Shown piece after piece: positions 1-12,999 of a stretch of DNA of 64,000 nucleotides. Below the pieces are notes generated by a model. It saw only the letters and a list, made by a program, of their open reading frames with translations. It did no database searches and was not told the origin of the DNA. This DNA is from Octopus bimaculoides (Eukaryota). Every line of letters starts with the position of its first letter. Positions within the stretch are counted from its first letter, which is position 1. Location: the NCBI RefSeq assembly GCF_001194135.2, contig NC_068991.1:65381835-65445834 (forward strand), in the 5' to 3' direction. The translations under genes were made by a program, and so were the position numbers.

Positions 1-2392
1 TGTCTGCTAGGCCTTGTAATGATTTATAAAAAAAAAAAATATATACCTTCTCAACTAAATGACACTAATTGTGCCATTAGAGTAATTACAAATAAATAGG
101 ATTTCATCAATTACTTATCCTAAAGTATCACTATCAATTTCACACCAATTAATGTATAACCTTTTGTTAATTCATTAGTATAGCAACTACATCTCGTTAA
201 CTAAGTCTACAATCATCTGTAAACAATACAAGTCATTGATAAAATAGAAGGTTAATTCATGCAGTATCCAACCAGTCTAATGACATGAATTAAGTTAATC
301 TCTAAATTTATTTTGGATTTTTTCAGCATATCCCCACACTCAGTGTTCACTCCAAAACTAAAATTCACTGGAATATCTTGTAGCTATTTCAGGTTTCTAC
401 ATTTCTTTATAATATCTTGTGTGAAGTAGTAAGTGTTCATTACAAAATTATGTCAACTTCTGTCATCATCACCATCATCCAGTGTTTTAAATCTGGGTTT
501 TGTCCCCGTTAACGGGGGTGGCTGGATCTACCTCAATACCATAGCAACCGAGGTAGGCAGGTGCAGCCCACCCCAACCTTTGGGCTGGCTGGCTGGTGTC
601 CATCCACCTTTGCTATCATGAGACTGTTTTGGAGCTGGATTTTCTACAGGGAGCTTACCCCCAACTTCAGTTTCTAGACACGAGTGGTCCCGAGACCATG
701 GCCTCTACCACAAATTTTAAGAAATGTGGTAGAAAACTAGCTCAGGAAGGCAGGTACGCTACTCCCTGAGACCCCTTTCGGAGCCTCCCTACCTGGAAAT
801 ATTTCACTATGCATACTGTTACTCACTGTACTGTGACATTAGTTTCAAATTTTGTCACAAGGCCAGTAATTTTTGGGGAGGGGATAAGTCAATCATATCA
901 ACCCTTGTTCAACTGGTACTTATTTTGTTGACCCTGAAATGATGAAAAGCAAAGTCAACTGCATTTGAACTCATAATGTAAAGTTGGAAGAAATGCTGCT
1001 AAGTATTTTTTTTCTGATATGGTAATGATTCTGCCAGCGCACAGTAACATTGATATCATCAGCTATTTACTGAAATCTCTAGCTGGTGTTTATTACATTT
1101 TACGCTAATCATTGCCACACAGTATTTCTTGTGTGCAGTTAGATGTATGAATGCTAATGGTGAGTTTTGAGTTTCACTTAGAATACTATCAGTTAGTTTA
1201 CTTTTCATACTTTCTCTTTACAAAGACACACACACATGTACATGCAAGCTAGTATCAACAAGTGAAGATGAGTGCTCAACATTGCATTGATGGATAAATA
1301 TACTTTATTTGTGGATTAACAAGGCAACCGATGGTTTCAGATGGAAAAGATCTCCACAGTTTTTAAGCAATCCACTTGGGAATAGAATTCTTGATGTAGT
1401 CAAAACATTTGAGGAAAGTCCTTAAATAAAAAAAATTATTTATTATATAACAAAAAAAAATCCCCAAAAAAACAAGGATATGAACCTTTTGGAAGAGAAT
1501 GGAAACGTCCTTCCAAATTATTCATGTCATTCTAGTTTTCTTTAAAGACTTTTTTCATATAAACAAATCTTTCTTGAAACACACACACACACGAACATAT
1601 ACGTACTGTTGTTCCATGAAATCTTTTATTACAGTTTATTGTAGTTAGTCAGTATATCTAAAATAATACTGTAATGTTTACCTAATACAGAATATTTTTT
1701 GGAAGAAGTAAATCTACAAATATTATCGTTTGTTGAATGTCTGTTATTTGGGAATAAGTTGGATGACATACGGGGATATTACTTTGAAGAGGTTAAGGAT
1801 TCAAAGAAGATAATAACAGTTTGTTGAAAGTTTACATGAGGGCTGAAGAAAAAGACTAATAGCATAGCTTATTAAAAAGATAGTTTTCAGAAAAGAATTT
1901 TAAAAAATTAATAAGAAAGTTGAGAATTAGAATAGTTGAAGTTAAAAATGCAAGTATGCCTGAATAGCAAAATGAAAGATATGGTTTTGATTATTTGAAT
2001 CCTTGTTAAAAAGAAAGAAGATAAAGAAAAGAATTGAATAGAATAACCTCACAAGCAATGAATTCAATGAAATTGTTTAGTTATAACTTTGTCTGAACTC
2101 TCTCTTCAAACAATAACAGCAACAGAAATCTAAACATTTCATTGAAAGCTAAGCACTAAATCGCAAATTGTCAGGCAACAAATTACAAAGAAAAAAAAAA
2201 AATTAAAAAAATTAATGAAAAATAAAAAAATACAGTTTTAGTAACGATTTGTAAGATGCTGTTAGTGAGACACTAATCATTAACAATGTAGTTCCATCTA
2301 AGCTGGATGTACAGCAATACCAACTTCCTTGCAGTGCAATGTATTAGGCAAACGCTTATGCATACAGAAAAGATTTTTTTGTCTTCTTTTAC

Positions 2393-2442
2393 CTGTACTG
2401 GTGATGTTCAGAAACATTTCTCTGATGTCAGCTAATAATACA
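2393..2442 (-). CDS. Candidate 50-bp exon (VLLADIREMFLNITST)
   Basis: Minus-strand acceptor tatttggtcatttttag| and donor CAG|gtaaaa, with one open frame. Confidence 0.25.
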
Positions 2443-2553
2443 CTAAAAATGACCAAATACAATAGAAGTTAAATTATTGACAAATATAGAAATTGCTGAA
2501 TAGAGGAGGATATATATTTTTTTCATGTCTTCTCTATAGAAAAGCTTTTTAGA

Positions 2554-2597
<44 letters not shown>

Positions 2598-4058
2598 GTA
2601 AATAAAAAAAGACANNNNNNNNNNNNNNNNNNNNNNNNNNNNNNNNNNNNNNNNNNNNNNNNNNNNNTATATATATATATATATATATATATATTACGTA
2701 GATGAATATTGAATAAGATTTGGCTGAGAGAGAGAGATTATAAATGGATAGTAAAATAAGATTTACAATTGGTTTATAACAACATAATTCAAACAATGGA
2801 GATAACTATTAACAATTACAGGTTTCAGATAAGTTGATGAGATTGTAGAATACATTAGAAAGGGTATCTAGTAAAATACTGAGGATTGGTTTGATCAATT
2901 GGTTTGATCAATTCTCCTGGCAAAATTTGGTGATAATTTTTTTTTTATTATATTGACTGGGAGAAACTGGCTGTAGTTATAATCTTTGACAATCCTTCAA
3001 GACTGAAATTGATGAGATTAACATTCTTCTCGAACAGTTGATGGCTGCAGCAAAAACATGCAAGGAGAGAATACCCAGAGGGACTACATTTTGGAAAGAA
3101 AAGGGCTGGGGACAGTAGTCAGTGTGGAACCTGGGAGAGAGTGTGGGTGTGGACACAACAGGAATAGAAAGAGGAGGAGAGATGAGGGCATTGGGAGTAC
3201 CTGAGAGGAGGTACCATGCTATCGGACTCATTGGAAATGTAGTGAAACAATGATTGATTTGTTGAAAACCTGTAACTAATGACACATAATGCAATATAAA
3301 ATTAAAATATTCTAGTCATGACCATCATGCCTTATTCTCAGCCTTGGAAATCTCTTTTTTTTATTGATAGGAAAGTGTAATTTGAAAGAGATTTGACTAT
3401 TATTTCTAACAGTAAATGATTATATACAATCTCACTTGTTGGTTCATATAGATTATATGTGTGTATGTGAGTGAGGTTTGTGTGTGTGTGTGCGAGCGAG
3501 CTAGTTTGTGTGTGTGTTGATAACAGGAGGAAGACATTATGACTCTACCTTTTCAGTTTTAAGTAGCCATAAATAAAAGATGTATTTTACAATCCTCTTT
3601 ACAGTCCATTTAAGAATTTGTTGATAGTATTATAGTATAAACACTCCTTAAATCATACTTCATTAAATCAAGAAAACAAAACTCTAGAGATATGACAATT
3701 ATGTGAGAGTGATGTTTATAGATGCAAAGTAACTGTTTGGCTAAAGTATTGGACTTTCAGCTCAAAGGTTTTGAGTTCAAATCAACTGAAGGCAGGAGTA
3801 TTGCATATATGGAAAGTTCAGTCATACATGTCTGTGTTCACCTAGCATCAGGTATAAAGTACCAGATCAACTGTGAATGTTATGTGATAGACAAGTATCT
3901 TGTCTTGTTCATTTAATGCTAAAATTAAAGCTAATTAGTGGTGATTAGGACTATCTTGATATCGAGAATCCTGATCAGTGACTTGAAAAGAGTCATTTAA
4001 GTAGTTCTGTCTTTACTACAAAGCAGTTGTTGAATCAGTACCTCTCCAGGGCTCTTTA

Positions 4059-4400
4059 GCATGGACACTGGACAAGAGACTTGAAAAGAAGCTTGACGGT
4101 AAATACATGAGAATGCTTTGTGCTGTTCTCACTTTTTCCTGGCAACCCCACCCTGCAAAGCAGCAACTGAATAACAATCTGCTTACTATCACCTTGATAA
4201 TCAGAGGAAGAACACATTAAGCAGGACACTGCTGGAGAAGCAAGAATGAAATGTCCAGTGATCACCTGCTCTGGAAACCCACACATGGACATGCATCTAT
4301 TGGCAGACCAAGAAAAGAATAACTTGTGGAAGACGGTAGCAAGTTGAGGATATGAAGACTGCTATGGAAGCTTAGGATATCTGGCATAGAAGAGTTGCAC
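4059..4400 (+). mobile_element. RTE-clade LINE 3' fragment
   Basis: WTLDKRLEKKLDGKYMRML..SWQPHP..AGHCWRSKNEMSSDHLLWKPTHG..GRP, typical of the RTE post-RT region, with stops. Confidence 0.8.
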
Positions 4401-4799
4401 TGGTCTGGGTAAGTTGCTCAACCAGATAGATAGTCTGTACAACATATATTGTGATATTTTAGGGTGGGTGATAGGAAGGCTGAGCTGGTTATTAAGGCAT
4501 TGTTGAAGAACTGGTTTGTATGTAATGATTTTTGGGTTAGTGTTTAGTTCCAGTGCAAACCTTGGACAAGCAGACATATTTCAGCCATAACCATCCTTCT
4601 TATTTGGAGTATGTAGGGCTACATTATATTGTTTATGTTTTTTCTTTATTTAAGGTGGGCCGTAATTTGAGGGCAATGATTTGGTTGCTATTTCTAGCAG
4701 GTATGTGACCACATAGAGTTCCCCTCCTTGGTTTGATTCTAAGGCACATGAAATCACAGACCTTGTATTCTGAAGGCTTTCTTTCACATGATGATGATG

Positions 4800-5190
4800 A
4801 TAATCATCATCATCATCATCATCATCATCGTTTAACATCTGCCTTCCATGCTAGCATAGGTTGGACAATTTGACTGAGGATTGGCGAACCAGATGGCTAC
4901 ACCAAGCTCCAATCTGATTTGGTAGAGTTTCTACAGCTGGAAGCCCTTCCTAATGCCAACCACTCAGAGAGTGTAGTGGGCGCTTTTATGTNNNNNNNNN
5001 NAGTTTCTACAGCTGGAAGCCCTTCCTAATGCCAACCACTCAGAGAGTGTAGTGGGCGCTTTTATGTGCCACCGGCACGAAGGCCAGTCAGGTGGTACTG
5101 GCAACAGCCACGCTCAAAATGGTGTACTTTACATGCCACCTGCACAGGAGCCAGTCCAGTGGCACTGGCAATGACCTCGCTCGAATGTTG
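4800..5190 (-). mobile_element. SINE family B (RTE-like tail ending in (GAT)n)
   Basis: catcatcatcgtttaac.tc.gc.ttccatgctagcat.ggttggac consensus. The internal duplication across the 10-N gap is probably an assembly artefact. Confidence 0.85.
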
Positions 5191-5869
5191 GAATAGAGGA
5201 AGCAACTTTAGGAGGAGGAATTAGTTAATTATATCAACCCAATACTTAACTGGTATTCAATTTATCAACTCTGAAAGGGTGAAATCTAAAGTTGACCTTG
5301 ATGATATTTTGAACTTGGGATGTAAAGAGCTAAAAGAAATACTGCTCAGCATTTTTATCCACCATGGTAATGATTCTGCCAGCTCACTACTTTGAGAGAT
5401 AATAATAATAATACTGACTCCTCAAGTAGCATGTAAACTAAATGTGTTAATATGTAGTGAATTTGATAGGATATGAAACTATGCAAGAGAAATCAGAAAT
5501 TGAAAGTGCTATCTTGTCAGCTTTTGAGTCTTTAGAATTAGTTAATTGCAAGATATAAGAGGTCCTTGAAGAATTAGGTTAAAAAGTAATTGACTGATAA
5601 AAGAATCATGATAAAATGACAAATAACATTTAGTTTTGTTGCTATCAAATTGGCTATCAAAAAATTGCGTTGGAGAAATATGATTTAGAATCCATTACGA
5701 GAAAGCTGTGAATAAATATTTATAAGGCACTGGAAAATAATGATTTTAAATATTTTGTATTTAGTTTTGTTTCACTAAGATTTGAGTTCAAATACTATGA
5801 AGGTTGATTTTGTCTTTCTTTCTTTCTACTTGATATTATAAGTGGGTAAAGTAAGGTTGTGAGTTCAAT

Positions 5870-6125
5870 TACTGGCAGCATGTTGTGTCCTTGAGCAAGG
5901 CACTTCCACATTACTCCAGTCCTCTCAGGTGACAAAAGTGAGTAGTACCTGTATATTGAAGGGACAGCCTTGTCACATTCTGTGTCACACTGAATCTCCG
6001 TGAGAGCTACATTAAGGACATGCATATCTATGGAGTGCTCAGCCACTTAGTAGAGGTTAAGCTCACAAGCAGGTTATTCCATTGATTGGATCAACTGGAG
6101 CATCTATCATCATAACTGACAGAAT
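5870..6125 (+). mobile_element. SINE family C, old diverged copy
   Basis: cagccttgtcacattctgtgtcacactgaatctcc and ggagtgctcagccact blocks. Confidence 0.7.
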
Positions 6126-6180
6126 ATCTCCTCATAAAAATATCAGAGTGGGTTCAATAAACTATAATAAGTATCCTTAA

Positions 6181-6400
6181 CCCTTCCGTTACCAACCCGG
6201 CTGAAACCGGTTCTGGCTCTGAGTACAAATGTCTTGTTTTCATAAGTTTTGAATTAAAATCTTCCATCAAACCTCAGTCACAATTTATGTTCCTAACACT
6301 AGCTGAATGATAACTAAGTTATTTTACTAAATTCTTTGATATATTTAAAGTAAATGAAAGAAACACAGAGCATCTCAAAATAAATACAGTAACGAAAGGG
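6181..6400. mobile_element. piggyBac-type MITE (220 bp)
   Basis: TTAA on both sides (6177-6180, 6401-6404). TIRs CCCTTCCGTTAC / GTAACGAAAGGG. Confidence 0.85.
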
Positions 6401-6489
6401 TTAAGCAATTAACTTTGTTTTTAAGAAAGAAATCTATATTTACATCAAAAGACTGGACCTAATATTGAGGCTAGTAAACTGTTATTCCA

Positions 6490-6830
6490 ATTGTCTTCTG
6501 TGGTGCAGAAACTGGGATAATGTACACAGTAATGGAAAAGAAGATAGAAGTCTTTGAGATGTGAATCTTTCATAGATTGGGTAGAATAAGTTGGAAAGAA
6601 AGGGTAACAAACACTGCAGTACTATAAAAGGGGAAAATTCAAAGACATCTATTGCTGAGAATCAAGTCCACAAAGCTGTCATATTTTGGACATGTGATGC
6701 ACCACTAGTCATCCCTCAAGACCTTCCTGACAGGAAGTGTGGAGGGGAAGAGAGCAAAATGGTGTCAAAAACATTTGTGGAATGATGACACGAAGAATGG
6801 ACTGGAAACAAGAGCTTGGCTGTTTGTATG
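6490..6830 (+). mobile_element. RTE-clade LINE 3' fragment
   Basis: GAET..KKIEVFEM*..RLGRISWKERVTN..KLSYFGHVM..VEGKR, with stops. Confidence 0.8.
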
Positions 6831-8642
6831 CATGCAGCACAATACAGAGGGATCTGGAGTCTTGGCATGCTGGCCCTTAGACACAGGAAGAGCACTTGGC
6901 TGGTTGATCAAGTGGATCTCTTTACCCCAGAGTGGTTGGATATTTTGTGTTGATGTAATGTATTTTGATATCTTGAGCAAGTCACTCAGTCCCTCTTCAA
7001 ATTATATACTCACAGGCAGAATTAAAATCACAAGCTAACAAAATGTTCATTAATTTTACAATGTTACTACTCCTTATAACAGTCAGTTATTCTTACTCAG
7101 TGGTGCCTATTTACAGCTGAGTGAACTGGATTATGTAGGAATACACTATGTAGGCCATACACTCAATGCAATATTGGTGACAGAGTATAAAATTCTGACC
7201 CTTAAACTGGGGTTCAATTTCTTGTCAATACCACTATTTGTATTATAAGACACCAAAGAGCTAACAAGGGAGCATCTATAGTTGCTAGAAACAACAGGAG
7301 CACTCCCACAAAAGCACTACCATATGTCAGCGTTTATACATGAAGGGCTGAGCTGGCTTCAACCAGTAAATCTACAGAAACTAACTACACTCAGTAATCA
7401 CAGTCGTCCAACACAGGGATCATCAACTGACCGTGATTTCAAATGGTAGATGTATGCATGTGAGGACTAGATATCAGTTCAAGATCCAACCTGATTGTAG
7501 TAATTCACATTTTTCAACTGTCTGCCCAACTATTTATGCCATTCTGGGAGGGGCTTTAACCCAATGCATCACAGATGTGTTTGCTGCACGGGCGATGGAG
7601 TGCAAGGCTAAGACAACAATGGTAACTTTTGAGCAGTTGTTGGAGGAAATCCATCCAGCAGCAAAGATGAATTTTGGAATTTGACATAAAATAATGAGGA
7701 TTCAGTGAAGGCAAAAGTAGCCAGATACTTCTATCACTGTTTAAATATGATTATATCATTGTGCTTCTTGTTTGTGATGGCCCATCAAAGGTGATGGCAG
7801 CATTGTTCCAGGTCACTCATCCTCCTTTGCCTCCAGTACATTGTTTCTCATGGGAGTGACTGACAGACTGATATAAGTAAATGCAGTGGCAATGAGGGCA
7901 CTGAAAGGGATCCTACACAACAGCCATAGGGAATTGAGGACGATGTCTCCTCCTTTCTTCATGCAGTCTCCCGTGTTCAGTTCCAAAGCAGTTATATAGT
8001 GATGTAACTGATAGTCAGAGAGAGGTTGGGTAATAGTGTTGTAGAGGAGAAACAAGATATTAAGGTGCAATTTATGCTTTTTTATTTCATCCAAGAAGGG
8101 AAGGTAGTAGACACTTAAACCTTTTAAGTTTGCCCTCACTACACTCAGTGATGAGGACAATAGAAATGAGGGTCAATTCGAATTGCTGTAGGGAAAACAC
8201 AAACAAGAGGGATTTCAATTGTGGACATGAATGTGACGCAAAGGTGATAAGGAAGGCAGCTGGGGTGAAGCACAGCTTTTGAGAGAAGGCAAGGAGATAA
8301 GGAGAAAGGTGGATAATGTGTGAGAGAGGGGGGAGAAATATAGTTGGGTTGATTAAAAATAAGGAAACAGTGCTTATGACTCTTTTCTGGGCCTTTGAGA
8401 CAGTGGGTAGAAGGGAAGAATCTGTCTTTAGGCCAGAGATGCAATACTGACTTCATGTCTAGTGAGCCATTAGACACGATTCTCATATCATGCTGACAGG
8501 ACTATAATCAGCATGATACTGAGATTTTCAAGTAGGGGTTGCATGTTAGTCGTTGCTGAATGCTGCAGAAACTGTATGAGTGAGCACAGGATGATCTGAG
8601 ACCTTGACCATATTAATATCATTGTTCTTTTGATTCAAGCAG

Positions 8643-8731
8643 ATCACAAATTCTCAAATACTGTTCAACAAGTTTACTGAAATGTAAATGTTCCTATAAC
8701 ACTAATGGCACCTTGATGTATCTTAGGCAAG
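8643..8731 (+). CDS. Candidate 89-bp exon (SQILKYCSTSLLKCKCSYNTNGTLMYLRQ)
   Basis: Acceptor ttcttttgattcaagcag| and consensus donor AAG|gtaagt, one open frame. Phase-compatible with a second candidate at 10972-11009. Confidence 0.25.
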
Positions 8732-9423
8732 GTAAGTACTAAATATTATCTAGGACAACAGAAAGAAAAACCAAACAAAAACCATCAGAAAACCTGTTTT
8801 GTTGGTGGAATAATTAAACAATGTAAAAATTGAAGGCTACATTTGTATAGTGATTTAATATGAAATTCTTCCAAATGAAAATGAATAAATGTATGAACAC
8901 AACATAATACTATTTATAAAACGACACAAACAGAAAACAACACAGCGTCAGGAATATTTTATCACAGGCAATTATTTACATAAGAGTCAACTGTTTGGTT
9001 AATTATAACGACTTGTGTATTTACAAATGGTGGATTATCTTCCAGAGGGGGATTGGAAAGATAGAAGTAGTGTTACTCAATTTAAGTGATCGTGTCTATA
9101 ACATTAACAAAACTATATTACAAAGGTTAGCCTTCTTCAATGCTAGGTCAGCTCGGAATCAATAGGCGCAAAAGAATAACGATGATGAAATGCCTGTCAG
9201 AGACAGCTGAAAAGATCACAATGGGTGAAAAGAAATGATAGATGGAACTGAAAAGGACTACAGCAAGCCACTAAACATAGGAGGAAAGAAACCTAGTTTG
9301 AAACTGCAAGTTCATGCTGTGGCCTTTGTGGCTGAGACACAGGCTCACCCAAAGATTCTGAGTTCAAACCCCGGCGATCTTTCGATACCAATCCTCCTTT
9401 TTGCTTCAGTTTTCTCTCCCAGG

Positions 9424-9573
9424 GAGTGTGAAAGAGAGAGAGAGAGAGAGAAAGCGAGAGATAAGTGACGTGTTTTTAAGAGAGTGTGAAAGAGAAAGCG
9501 AGAGATAAGTGACGTGTTTTTAAGAGAGTGTGAAAGAGATAGAAAGAGAAAGCGTTAGGGTTAGGGTTAGGGG
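9424..9573. repeat. About 2.5 copies of a 44-bp GA-rich minisatellite followed by (TTAGGG)3 running into a gap
   Basis: Unit gagagtgtgaaagagaaagcgagagataagtgacgtgtttttaa repeated, then ttagggttagggttagggg at 9555-9573. Confidence 0.85.
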
Positions 9574-9945
9574 NNNNNNNNNNNNNNNNNNNNNNNNNNN
9601 NNNNNNNNNNNNNNNNNNNNNNNNNNNNNNNNNNNNNNNNNNNNNNNNNNNNNNNNNNNNNNNNNNNNNNNNNNNNNNNNNNNNNNNNNNNNNNNNNNNN
9701 NNNNNNNNNNNNNNNNNNNNNNNNNNNNNNNNNNNNNNNNNNNNNNNNNNNNNNNNNNNNNNNNNNNNNNNNNNNNNNNNNNNNNNNNNNNNNNNNNNNN
9801 NNNNNNNNNNNNNNNNNNNNNNNNNNNNNNNNNNNNNNNNNNNNNNNNNNNNNNNNNNNNNNNNNNNNNNNNNNNNNNNNNNNNNNNNNNNNNNNNNNNN
9901 NACAGAAACACTTGTTTGACAAGAGTTCTTCCCCAGAAGATTTCT

Positions 9946-10164
9946 GGTACTACTAAAGCAGCGCGGACCCGAATGCGCAGTCGCGCGTCCGCGCTATCTA
10001 GTCGTGAGTGGTCGATCCTAACCCTAACCCTAAACACGTATTCATTTGCACACGCGGGTTAGGGTTAGGGATAGGGTTAGGGTTAGGGTTAGGATCGACC
10101 ACTCAAGACTAGCTAGAGCAGACGCGCAACTGCGCGTTCGGGTCCGCGCTGCTTTAGTAGTACC
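9946..10164. mobile_element. Mutator (MULE)-like foldback MITE with telomeric repeats in its inverted arms
   Basis: 88-bp inverted arms 9946-10033 and 10077-10164 (82/88 identical) starting GGTACTACTAAAGCAGCGCGG. Perfect 9-bp TSD AAGATTTCT at 9937-9945 and 10165-10173. (CCCTAA)n in the left arm and (TTAGGG)n in the right arm. A 9-bp TSD with long G-initiated TIRs is the MULE signature. Confidence 0.85.
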
Positions 10165-11490
10165 AAGATTTCTCTGCTGTCCATTCACCCCAAGGCGTGT
10201 TTCCACTTAGAAGACCTTTATTTTTCTGAACATTAACCCCATCAAACTTACAAACCTGAGAGAACCAACAAAAGTTATGCTTATTGTCCCTTCCTTAGTC
10301 TAAATAATAGTTGTTTCTAGCATAGATGAAAATGAGTAATGACAGTAGTAAATGTTAATGATAGTGGAAGAGCTGTTGATAGATATGATGAGGATAAAAA
10401 TTATTGTTGTTTGGTCTCAGATCGGTGCGGATTGAGCAAATCAATCTATGATTACAGATATTTCAGCTATGACAAAACTAAGTTTTAAATTCATTCCTCC
10501 TCCTCATCATTGAACATCCAACTTTTCCATGCTTGCATGATGAGTTGGAGAGAATTTGTTGCGGCAGATTTTCTACTGCCCGATGCCCTTTTGCCACCAA
10601 CTTTCACTTGTTTCCAAATAAAGTAATATTTCTTCATGGCCAGGCATGTTCTCATGGAAGACTGGAAATGAAGGAAATCACCAAGCACAGTGACATTTGT
10701 TTATAACTGTTATGTGACATCAAGACAGGGAGACATCAACTCACACACACACACACACTACACATACATACACATGACAAGGCTTCTTTTCAGTTCCATT
10801 TACCAAATCAACTCAAAAGACTTTTGTTAGCAAGACAACACTAGCCCATGGTTCCACACAGTGGAACTGAACCTGAAACCATGTGGTTGGGGAAGCAAGT
10901 ATCTTAACCACACCTGTAATAGTAAATCCTAAATATCCATTGTACTTTTCCTTTCCATTTCTTTTTAACAGTAGGGTTAAACATGAAGAAGATTTTTAGT
11001 TCTTTTCAAGTATGTTTAGTGGTAACATAGGACATTTCTCCATAATGATGATGGGGGTGATAAATGTATGTTATATAAAAACTTTGTGCCACATACAGAC
11101 ACAACAATGATTTCATTAGTGAAATATGATACAATAAGAGATTGAACATGGTTGAAATTATCTCCTGCAAACAACAGGACTTATTCCACAACACAGATTT
11201 GAATAACCTTGCTATTTAACACTCCATTCTTTGGTCTCTTATCAGACATTTAATTGAATTAATTTGTTGAACATTCACAACACATGCAGAGAAAGAATAT
11301 TTAATTTTATATGGAAATTAATTGATAGGGTGTATAAGCTTATACTTTTTTGGGGGGAAAATACTGTCCGATGCAACAGTATTTCTATTGTGAATGTTTT
11401 CTACACACACATACATACATACATTCAGTACTGGAAGGCCTACTTATGTCATAAGCATAGTTCCACTTCCCCGTGACAAAGCTATATATA

Positions 11491-11539
<49 letters not shown>

Positions 11540-12581
11540 TATATACACATACACACACTTCCTCCCTCTCTCATACAAATGCATATGTGTGTGTTGAAAA
11601 ACTACTATTTCAAATGAGGAAAGCCTAATTTTTTAACTTATTCTTAATATTCCATATATATTCAGATTCCAATTAAATATTGGTTTTAATTACAACTTTC
11701 TTCTAAAGATCTGGCATTTCAAGAAGATTATGCAATCATTCACCTAACAATTAACACACAACATACTAATATTCACTTGTGAAACACATGTAAAGATTAT
11801 GAAATTTATGGTGTTACAATAAAAAAAAAAAAAGAATCTATTTTATTCTGCTCCCCTCTGTTAGGCAGTATAGACACACACATGTATACACATGGCTGGA
11901 ACTTCTGCCAAGCAAGTTCTATCACAAGGCTTCAGTCGGCCTGAGGTTATAGCAGAAGACACTTGCCCAAGGTGCCATGCAGTGGAACTGAACCTGAAAC
12001 CATGTGATTGAGAATCAAGCTTCCCAACTGCATAGCCATGCCTATAAGATATGCATACTCTTGTGGGTAGAGGACTGGTTGCGGTTAAGAGGTTTGTTGT
12101 AGAACCATGTAGTTCTGGTTTTGGTACTACTGTAAGGCATCTTGGGCAAATGTCACAGGTTGAGCAACACCTTTTGAGTAGAAATTTGGTAGACAGAAAC
12201 TTTGCAGAAGCTTATGTATATATGTATGTATATGTGTGTGTGTGTGTTTCACTGATATATATTGGAAAACCTTGAAATATTTGTTCTACTCTGAGTTACA
12301 GATATTTATCACTTCATGCACCAGAATTGTATTTGAACCAGTGAAGTGTTTGGTCCACTTATATATTGGAGGAAGCCAAAAAGTCGAGAATTCTAGAGGA
12401 ATTTGGTAGCTCCTTGGCTGATTTAACGTTTCCCTCTGATATGTTTTTTAACATGTGTCTAGAAGACATTTTATCTGATGAAAACTGCAGAATCTTGCCT
12501 GATAACGATGTATATTCGTTGGTTATTTGAATTTAATACTGTTCATTTGAGTATACTGGCTCAATTATTATTTTCGGTATA

Positions 12582-12927
12582 CCTACACAAGTGTGCCGCC
12601 CACCACCTCGACTTCGCTTTCTCATAATATTCAGTAAAATAGGTAGTTTTTGATCAATTTCACAGGGTGTAAATTATTATAATTATATCGGAATGTAAGA
12701 AGGGGGGGTGATGGGCACACGCATAATGACACACAGAATTATGCGATATGTGTCACAAAATTTTTACCGCATTAAATTCCGACATAATCGTCATCTACTT
12801 CATCTAAAGGGTGTTTGTAGAAAATTTCCTAAAAACAACACAAGGAAAAAAGAAAAAAAAAATACCCATTTTTTTCTGGAAGTTATGAGGAAACAAATTC
12901 GATGGCGTGGGGGGACACTTGTGTAGG
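12582..12927. mobile_element. MITE with about 33-bp imperfect TIRs flanked by TA (Tc1/mariner-like)
   Basis: TA-CCTACACAAGTGTGCCGCCCACCACCTCGACTT ... AATTCGATGGCGTGGGGGGACACTTGTGTAGG-TA. Confidence 0.7.
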
Positions 12928-12999
12928 TATGCCCTATTTTTTATGAGTTCAGATACGAGAATAATCGCACTAAAATAACCACTACGACAAAAAAGCTGA

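Noticed and set aside
1326-1364. Possible fourth hammerhead-like motif on the minus strand (CTGTGGA GAT..ATC T GAAAC CATC GGTT)
   Set aside because: The core and stem I are too degenerate to support. It may be an old Penelope end.
4927-5065. Direct repeat of about 65 bp around a 10-N gap
   Set aside because: Typical overlapping contig ends inside a SINE, so an assembly artefact.
7430-8560. GC-richer block with fragments resembling a zinc finger (FQCPHCH) and Academ-like words (FPPT, GQT..GW) on the minus strand
   Set aside because: Probably decayed transposon coding sequence, but the motifs are too weak to assign a family.
9424-9530. Regularly spaced 44-bp repeats resembling a CRISPR array
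   Set aside because: They are contiguous tandem units without unique spacers, in eukaryotic DNA with no cas genes.
9555-10093. True telomere or chromosome-fusion site
   Set aside because: The tracts are very short, lie inside TIRs with a TSD, and are in CCCTAA...TTAGGG rather than fusion orientation.
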